DNA of 64,000 nucleotides from Clostridia bacterium (GTDB taxonomy: Bacteria; Bacillota; Clostridia; Oscillospirales; CAG-272): NCBI GenBank assembly GCA_017451545.1, contig JAFTOB010000160.1, forward strand, positions 1-64,000, written 5' to 3'. The position numbers and the translations under genes were made by a program. The notes beneath the pieces are model-generated. The model was not told the DNA's origin, searched no databases, and was given only the letters and a program-made list of their open reading frames with translations. The stretch's first letter is position 1; the number at the start of each line of letters is the position of its first letter. Below are positions 57,874-64,000 of this stretch, piece by piece.

Positions 57874-59040
57874 CTATCTCATAAACAATACGCCGAAGAC
57901 GCGGCCGAGCACGTCGAAAAATCCGATCTTTCCGACGCTTTCAGCGGCCTTTATCTGCGTTTCGCCTATTGTTTTGCCGTTCAGGCTGTAGCTGATACGG
58001 CCAACGGTATCGCCCTGCTTTACGGGCGCGGTCAGGCTGTCTTGAAGCTCGACCGATATTTTGACCCCGGACGCGCCGCCCTTTTCGATGACGGAGCAAA
58101 AATCCTCGGCCGTTATTTTACATACGTTGCTCTTGCCGCCCGCAACGCCGAGGGTCTCGGGCAAGGACGGTGAGTTTTTGTAAAGCGCGTAGCCCGCAAA
58201 GCCCCAATCAAGGAGAGCCTTTGCGGCGTTATTGCGCTCATCTCTGGTGGGTGAGTTCATAATAACGGCGATGAGCGAAAGTCCGTCCCGCTCGGCGGTT
58301 GCGCTGATGCAAAAGCCCGCCTTTGCCGTGGAGCCGGTCTTGAGACCCGTCGCGCCCTTATAAAATCTTACGAGGCGGTTTGTGTTCGTCAGTCCGAACT
58401 CGCCGTTTCTCACGGTATCCATCCATTTTGAGCTGTATTCCAGCACCTTTTCGTGCTTTATCAGCTCCCTCGACATTATGGCGATATCCCTCGCCGAGGT
58501 CACGTGGTTCTCAGCGGTATCGTCGAGGCCGTTTGTGTTCTCGAAATTTGTGTTTTTCATTCCGAGCTGTCGCGCCCTCTCGTTCATCCGCGCCACGAAG
58601 ACCTCCTCGCTGCCCGCTATATGCTCTGCAAGTGCCACGGCGCAATCGTTTGCGCTGGCGATGATCACGCTCTTGAGCATATCCTCAAGGGGCATCTGCT
58701 CGCCTTCCTTTAAAAAGATCTGCGAGCCGCCCATTGACGAGGCGTGGGTGCTTGCGGTAACGGTATCGTCGAGCTTCACGTTCCCTGCCTCCACCGCTTC
58801 CATAACCAGCAAAAGGGTCATGATCTTGGTGACCGAGGCGGGTGGGAGGGGCGCATCGGCGTTCTTTTCGTAAAGAACGGTGCCGGTGTTGGCCTCCATA
58901 AGTATTGCCGAGGTGCAATTAAGGTCAAGCGCGGGGGCATCCGTTTCCACCGACACCGCCCCTGCCGTAAAGGCGGGCGACAGCGCAAGGATCAGACAGA
59001 AAAACAATGCCCCTGCCCTTTTCAGTATTCTTTTTTTCAT
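57874..59040 (-). CDS. D-alanyl-D-alanine carboxypeptidase (S11 family, PBP5/DacB-like)
   Basis: Signal peptide, SVTK active-site motif, SAND and KTG motifs. Confidence 0.8.
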   Translation of the reverse strand: MKKRILKRAGALFFCLILALSPAFTAGAVSVETDAPALDLNCTSAILMEANTGTVLYEKNADAPLPPASVTKIMTLLLVMEAVEAGNVKLDDTVTASTHASSMGGSQIFLKEGEQMPLEDMLKSVIIASANDCAVALAEHIAGSEEVFVARMNERARQLGMKNTNFENTNGLDDTAENHVTSARDIAIMSRELIKHEKVLEYSSKWMDTVRNGEFGLTNTNRLVRFYKGATGLKTGSTAKAGFCISATAERDGLSLIAVIMNSPTRDERNNAAKALLDWGFAGYALYKNSPSLPETLGVAGGKSNVCKITAEDFCSVIEKGGASGVKISVELQDSLTAPVKQGDTVGRISYSLNGKTIGETQIKAAESVGKIGFFDVLGRVFGVLFMR

Positions 59041-59101
59041 ACGCGCATCCTTTCATGAAATCTTCATAAAAGATATATGCGCGCGTACGTGTCTAAATGA
59101 C

Positions 59102-60166
59102 TTAAATTACGCCGAACTCGTAGATGGTGGTGTACTTATACTCCTGACCGGGACGGAGGACGCAATCTGTGAAGTTATCGTGGTTGATAGCATCGGGCAT
59201 CTTCTGAGTCTCGAGGCAGAGAGCGTTCTGCAGGCCCTGAGGATAGTTGTTCTTGAAGGGGTACTTCTCGTTGTTGAGGAAGTTACCGGAGTAGAACTGT
59301 ACGCAGGGCTGGTTGGTGTACATCTTCATCTGTCTGCCGCTCTTCTCGTCGGTAAGGATACCGCGGAGAACGGGCTCCTCGGTCTCGCCGCCCTTGAAGT
59401 TGAAGCAGTGATCGAAGCCGCCTGCAAGGCCGAGATCGGTGTTGGTCAGGTCAAAGTCCTGTCCGATGGTCTTCTCGGTGGTGAAATCAAAGGGAGTGCC
59501 GGTGACCGATCTGATCTCGCCCGTGGGGATGAGCTTCTCATCGGTGGGGAGATAGCTGTCGGCATCGAGCCAGAGCTTATGATCGAAGATCTTGCCGGAG
59601 TTGTAGCCGCCAAGATTGAAGTATGCGTGGTTGGTGAGGTTAAGGATGGTGGGCTTGTCGCAAACTGCGTAGTAATCGATGACTACGGAGTTATTTGCGG
59701 TAAGGGTGTAGGTTACCTTAACGTCGAGCTTACCGGGGTAGCCCTCCTCGCCGTCGGGAGAGGTGAGAGTGAGGATGAGGCGGGGCTCATCGCCGTCCAC
59801 CATCTCGGCGTTCCAGATCTTGGCATTGAAGCCGCAGATACCGCCGTGAAGGCTGTTGACACCGTTATCGTTGACCGAAACCTTGTAGGTCTTGCCGTCG
59901 AGAGTGAACTTACTGCCGCCGATGCGGTTGCCGAAGCGACCGATGAGAGCGCCCTGATAGCCGTCGCCGTTGATGTAGCTGTCGAGCTGATCGTAGCCGC
60001 AGATAACGTCTGCGTTGTTGCCCTCTCTGTCGGGAACCTTGATCTGAACGAGTGCGCCGCCGAAGTCAATGATCTTGACCTTTGCGCCCGCCTCGTTGCG
60101 GAGTGTGTAAGCGGAGACCTTTCTGCCGTCCGCCAGAATTCCAAATGCTTTCTTTTCAATGCTCAT
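59102..60166 (-). CDS. galM: Aldose 1-epimerase (galactose mutarotase)
   Basis: Mutarotase motifs (NSLHGG, HAYFNL). Confidence 0.85.
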   Translation of the reverse strand: MSIEKKAFGILADGRKVSAYTLRNEAGAKVKIIDFGGALVQIKVPDREGNNADVICGYDQLDSYINGDGYQGALIGRFGNRIGGSKFTLDGKTYKVSVNDNGVNSLHGGICGFNAKIWNAEMVDGDEPRLILTLTSPDGEEGYPGKLDVKVTYTLTANNSVVIDYYAVCDKPTILNLTNHAYFNLGGYNSGKIFDHKLWLDADSYLPTDEKLIPTGEIRSVTGTPFDFTTEKTIGQDFDLTNTDLGLAGGFDHCFNFKGGETEEPVLRGILTDEKSGRQMKMYTNQPCVQFYSGNFLNNEKYPFKNNYPQGLQNALCLETQKMPDAINHDNFTDCVLRPGQEYKYTTIYEFGVI

Positions 60167-61175
60167 CTTTATATCCCTCCGGATTCATAGTTTGCCAACG
60201 ATCTGCGTCGCGGCACATTTCTTCAATTCCGTATTTTGCAGACCAGCCAAGAACCTTCTGTGCCTTTGCGGGGTCTGCGTAGCACTCGGCGATATCACCG
60301 GGGCGTCTGTCGACCACCTCGTACGCGATGGTCTTGCCCGTAATAGCCTCGTATGCCTTTACCATTTCAAGGACCGAATAGCCCTTGCCTGTTCCGATGT
60401 TAAAATACTCAATACCCTGCGACTTTGCCGAATACTCAAGTGCCTTGAGGTGAGCCTGAGCGAGGTCGACCACGTGGATGTAGTCGCGGACGCCGGTGCC
60501 GTCGGGCGTGGGGTAATCGTCTCCGAAAACGCGGAGTCTCTGCAGCTTGCCCGAGCCGACCTGAGTTATGTAGGGGAAGAGATTGTTCGGGATGCCCTTG
60601 GGGTCCTCACCGATAAGTCCGCTCGAATGTGCGCCGATGGGGTTGAAGTAGCGCAGGATCACGACGCTCCACTCGGGATCGGCCTTGACGACATCAGAGA
60701 GAATCCTCTCGGTCATCAGCTTGGTCTCGCCGTAAGGATTGGAGGTCTTGAGGGGGAAATCCTCTCTGATCGGAACCTCCTTGGGCTGACCGTAAACGGT
60801 GGCCGACGAGCTGAACACGATCTTCTTGACACCGTGACGGCTCATGGAATCGATGAGCTTGAGAGTACCCGTGATATTATTGGTATAATATCTGATGGGC
60901 TGATCGCAGGACTCGCCGACGGCCTTAAGGCCCGCGAAGTGGACGACTGCCTCAATCTCGTTCTCCTCAAAGATCTTATCGAGGGCTGCGGTATCAAGCA
61001 TATCTGCCTGATAGAAGCGGAAATCCTTGCCCGTGATCTTTTTCACTCTTCTGAGGGACTCTTCCTTACTGTTTATGAAGTTGTCCATTACGACGACTTC
61101 ATTTCCCTGCTCCAGAAGCTCGACAAGGGTGTGGGAACCGATAAATCCGGCACCACCGGTAACTAAAATCTTCAT
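60156..61175 (-). CDS. galE: UDP-glucose 4-epimerase
   Basis: [15 protein letters not shown] Rossmann motif, YxxxK, GalE-like throughout. Start taken at the internal ATG (MKIL). Confidence 0.9.
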   Translation of the reverse strand: MKILVTGGAGFIGSHTLVELLEQGNEVVVMDNFINSKEESLRRVKKITGKDFRFYQADMLDTAALDKIFEENEIEAVVHFAGLKAVGESCDQPIRYYTNNITGTLKLIDSMSRHGVKKIVFSSSATVYGQPKEVPIREDFPLKTSNPYGETKLMTERILSDVVKADPEWSVVILRYFNPIGAHSSGLIGEDPKGIPNNLFPYITQVGSGKLQRLRVFGDDYPTPDGTGVRDYIHVVDLAQAHLKALEYSAKSQGIEYFNIGTGKGYSVLEMVKAYEAITGKTIAYEVVDRRPGDIAECYADPAKAQKVLGWSAKYGIEEMCRDADRWQTMNPEGYKDEH

Positions 61176-61228
61176 ATTGCTCTCCATTCCGCCGCATATG
61201 CGGCGATACAAAAATTCACAAGTCTGAT

Positions 61229-62296
61229 TTATTTAAGCTTTTTAACTATTTCTTTGATCTCTTCGGCCTTGGCCTCCATATCGCGGACAAGACAGAACTG
61301 GTTTCTGGCGCGGTCCAGATTATGTCTCGCGTGCGCCACGCGGAAATACCTGTCACCGTCCAGATAGTCGGTGAGGAAGCGCATTCCCGTCTCAAAGGTG
61401 AGTATCTTTGCCGCATCTGGGAAGGCCTCAAGCTCATACTCACTGATCTCGGCACCGATACCCTCGGCAAAGCCCTCTGCGAAGGCCTCGAACATCTCGG
61501 TCTTGAAGTAGACCTTCGTAAGATCGGTCTCGTCCTCGGCCGCCGACGATGCTCCGAAGCGGATGGCATCACCGAAATCGAAGAGGAGCGAGCCCGGCAT
61601 TACCGTATCGAGGTCGAGCACGCAAATACCCTTTCCCGTCTCCTTGTCGGTGATAACGTTATTGAGCTTGGTATCATTATGGGTAACGCGGAGCGGGAAT
61701 TTGCCGCTCTTTATCCCTTCGGTAATTATGCCGCAGATGTTCTTTCTCGATCTGACGAATTCGATCTCCTCGGCAACTTCGACGGCGCGACCCACACGGT
61801 CATCGGCCACGGCGCGCTCGAAGGTCTCGAATCTCTTTTCGGTGTTATGGAAATCGGGGATGGTCTCGTAAAGCACCGAGGCATCGAAATCGGCAAGAAG
61901 CTGCTGGAAGGCACCGAAGGTGCGACCTGCCTCGCGCATTACGTCCGTCGACTCGCAGAACTGGTGGCACTCGCCCTCAACGAAGGCGTAGCAGCGCCAA
62001 TACTCTCCGTCCTCGTCGCAGAAGAAATAATTCTTTCCCGACTTGAGGAAATCGAGGGTACAACCGTCGGCTCCCTGAGCCTGCTTTTTTCTTATATGAT
62101 CGGTTACGGCAATGATATTCGCCATGACCTGCTCGGGCTTTTTGAACACGTTTTTGTTGATGCGCTGAAGGACGTATCTCTCGCTCTCCACGTCAACGAA
62201 ATACGTGCCGTTTATATGTCCTATGTTACATTCGCTTATGCTTTTGATATGCTTTCTGGGGATGAAATGATTCGCGATAGATTCTATCGTTCTCAT
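61229..62296 (-). CDS. Anomeric sugar kinase of the APH/choline-kinase fold (NahK/AmgK-like N-acetylhexosamine-1-kinase family)
   Basis: Brenner motif HNDTKLNNV, a DxD region, and the context with a nucleotidyltransferase and galE. Confidence 0.6.
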   Translation of the reverse strand: MRTIESIANHFIPRKHIKSISECNIGHINGTYFVDVESERYVLQRINKNVFKKPEQVMANIIAVTDHIRKKQAQGADGCTLDFLKSGKNYFFCDEDGEYWRCYAFVEGECHQFCESTDVMREAGRTFGAFQQLLADFDASVLYETIPDFHNTEKRFETFERAVADDRVGRAVEVAEEIEFVRSRKNICGIITEGIKSGKFPLRVTHNDTKLNNVITDKETGKGICVLDLDTVMPGSLLFDFGDAIRFGASSAAEDETDLTKVYFKTEMFEAFAEGFAEGIGAEISEYELEAFPDAAKILTFETGMRFLTDYLDGDRYFRVAHARHNLDRARNQFCLVRDMEAKAEEIKEIVKKLK

Positions 62297-62300
62297 CGGG

Positions 62301-63206
62301 TCACCTCCAAAGGTTATTCGGATATTCTCCGTTTTCTATAAGCTTTCTGATAGCGGCGACAACGCGGGGCTTATCCTCGTGGTAGGTCACTCCGTACCAC
62401 TCTGCATCCGAGCGGTAAACGCGGACGGTGCACTGCCCTGCCTCGATCATCTCGAAGACGCTTCCGGGGAGGTAATACTCGCCCTTCTGCGAATCCTTAC
62501 CGCCGCCTGCGAGGAACTTTTCGAAGCCCTTCTCTATCAGCGGGAAAACGTCGGGAGTGAAACCGAAGCAGTTCATGGAGACGGTGGTGTCGTAGGGGAT
62601 GGGATGCCAGACCTCGTCCTCAAGGTACATACCCGTTCCGTCACCCTTGACGATCTTGGTTCTCTCAATGATGCCCTCAAGAAGACCGCTCTCGCCCACG
62701 AAGCACTGTCCGCGGGAGACCGAGCCGTTCTCGGTAAGGGTCTTTGCCAGCTCATAGCCCACCATACAGCAGGGGGCGACGCCGTTCTCGCTCTTTGCGA
62801 CCGAGAGGTGTGCGGCCAGCTTTTTATATGCGTCGTAGCCGTAGAAATCGTCGGCGTTGATGACTGCGAAGTTATCGGTAACCACGTTCTTTGCCGAAAG
62901 CAGGGCGTGTGCGGTTCCCCAAGGCTTTACTCTGCCTTCGGGCACGGTGTAGCCTGCGGGAAGGTCCTCAAGGCGCTGGAAAGCGTACTCGACCTTGACG
63001 TGCTTCTCGATACGGGAGCCGACGGTCTCGCGGAAAGCCTCCAGATTCTCCTCCTTGATGATGAAAACGACCTTATCAAAGCCTGCGCGTACCGCGTCAA
63101 ATATAGAAAAATCAATTATGAACTCACCGTTGTCGGTAATGGGGTCGATCTGTTTCATTCCCCCGTATCTCGAGCCCATTCCGGCTGCCAAAATAACAAG
63201 TGTCAT
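62301..63206 (-). CDS. Sugar-1-phosphate nucleotidyltransferase (MurU/GlmU-N-terminal-like)
   Basis: LAAGMGSRYGG nucleotide-binding motif. Confidence 0.65.
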   Translation of the reverse strand: MTLVILAAGMGSRYGGMKQIDPITDNGEFIIDFSIFDAVRAGFDKVVFIIKEENLEAFRETVGSRIEKHVKVEYAFQRLEDLPAGYTVPEGRVKPWGTAHALLSAKNVVTDNFAVINADDFYGYDAYKKLAAHLSVAKSENGVAPCCMVGYELAKTLTENGSVSRGQCFVGESGLLEGIIERTKIVKGDGTGMYLEDEVWHPIPYDTTVSMNCFGFTPDVFPLIEKGFEKFLAGGGKDSQKGEYYLPGSVFEMIEAGQCTVRVYRSDAEWYGVTYHEDKPRVVAAIRKLIENGEYPNNLWR

Positions 63207-63357
63207 AAGAAAATCTCCTTCTTGGTAGTGATATTACAGATAATAAAGTTCATATCAGCTTATTATATTACATTACCGGCAATTTTTTTCATTTTTTGCG
63301 CAGAATTTACATAAAATTTACACTTATAATTTTTTCAAAAAATTTTCGCGCAACCTA

Positions 63358-63386
63358 TTGACAAAGCATTTTCTGTGCTGTATACT
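63358..63386 (+). promoter_or_regulatory. Sigma-A promoter for the Crp/Fnr-family gene
   Basis: TTGACA-17 nt-TATACT. Confidence 0.45.
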
Positions 63387-63430
63387 GTGAGTGTCTCAAA
63401 TGATACACTTTTGAAGGGTGGTGAAATTGC

Positions 63431-64000
63431 TTGACCAACTCGGAATTTGAACGGATCGCAGAATCGAGGATCTTTTCGGGCTGTGACCGTGAGCTTTTGG
63501 CACAGGTTCTGAACGGCGAAGGGTGCGAGATAATCGACTACGCCCCGTCCGAATCGATTTGCGAGCCGCAAACTCTGCTGCGCAAGATCGGTATAATATT
63601 AAAAGGAAGCGCCATCGTGCTTTCGGCCGACAGTGACCGCAAGGTGCTTCTGCGGCGGTTTTCCCCCGGAGACATCTTCGGCGTATCGAGCGTTTTCTCG
63701 GATGAGAGCGAGTTCGTCAGCCGCATCAGCGCAAAAAGTGCCTGCACGGTCGCCTTCATCGATGCCCCTTCCCTTTCGCTGCTTCTTGAGAATGACAAAG
63801 CGGTGCTTTACAACTATATCGGCTTTCTTTCCGACCGCATCCGCTTTCTCAACCGGAAGATCAAGTTTTTCACCTCCGGCACCGCCGAGCGGCGACTTGC
63901 GCTTTACCTCGACTCCTTCCCCGAGGACAGCTTCAAGATCGACGAAAGCATGAGCGCCGTGGCCGATATGCTGGACATCGGGCGCGCCTCACTCTACCGC
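63431..64000 (+). CDS. Crp/Fnr-family transcriptional regulator (partial; runs off the right edge)
   Basis: TTG start 7 nt after GGGTGGTG. cNMP-binding-like beta-roll and the start of an HTH (MSAVADMLDIGRASLYR). No stop codon in the window. Confidence 0.55.
   Translation, partial: MTNSEFERIAESRIFSGCDRELLAQVLNGEGCEIIDYAPSESICEPQTLLRKIGIILKGSAIVLSADSDRKVLLRRFSPGDIFGVSSVFSDESEFVSRISAKSACTVAFIDAPSLSLLLENDKAVLYNYIGFLSDRIRFLNRKIKFFTSGTAERRLALYLDSFPEDSFKIDESMSAVADMLDIGRASLYR

Overview
This 64 kb window is a chromosomal segment of a Gram-positive (Firmicutes/Clostridia-like) genome with roughly 55% GC. Genes have AGGAGG-type ribosome-binding sites, there are consensus sigma-A promoters, and genes are often translationally coupled (ATGA overlaps). 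About 60 genes are present and most are housekeeping or metabolic. The recognisable operons and clusters are: potABCD; DUF47-Pit phosphate uptake; dxs; ylxM-ffh-rpsP-KH; rplU-prp-rpmA; pgi; a dacB-like carboxypeptidase; galM-galE with a sugar-1-kinase and nucleotidyltransferase; an AraC-regulated oxidoreductase/isomerase catabolic cluster; a flotillin-NfeD operon; and a MoxR-DUF58-VWA operon. Three tRNA genes are present: two tRNA-Leu and one tRNA-Arg. Two findings stand out. A 1329-aa membrane protein carries a C-terminal domain homologous to the globular half of ribosomal protein uL15 and is translationally coupled to dxs. A roughly 16.5 kb single-strand operon joins the MoxR/DUF58/VWA module to three very large lipoprotein genes, one of which appears split by a frameshift at a short G/C homopolymer. 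The tRNA-Leu and tRNA-Arg loci carry duplicated tRNA 3'-end fragments and long direct repeats, consistent with decayed integration sites. No CRISPR array, transposase, integrase or recognisable defence-system genes were seen.
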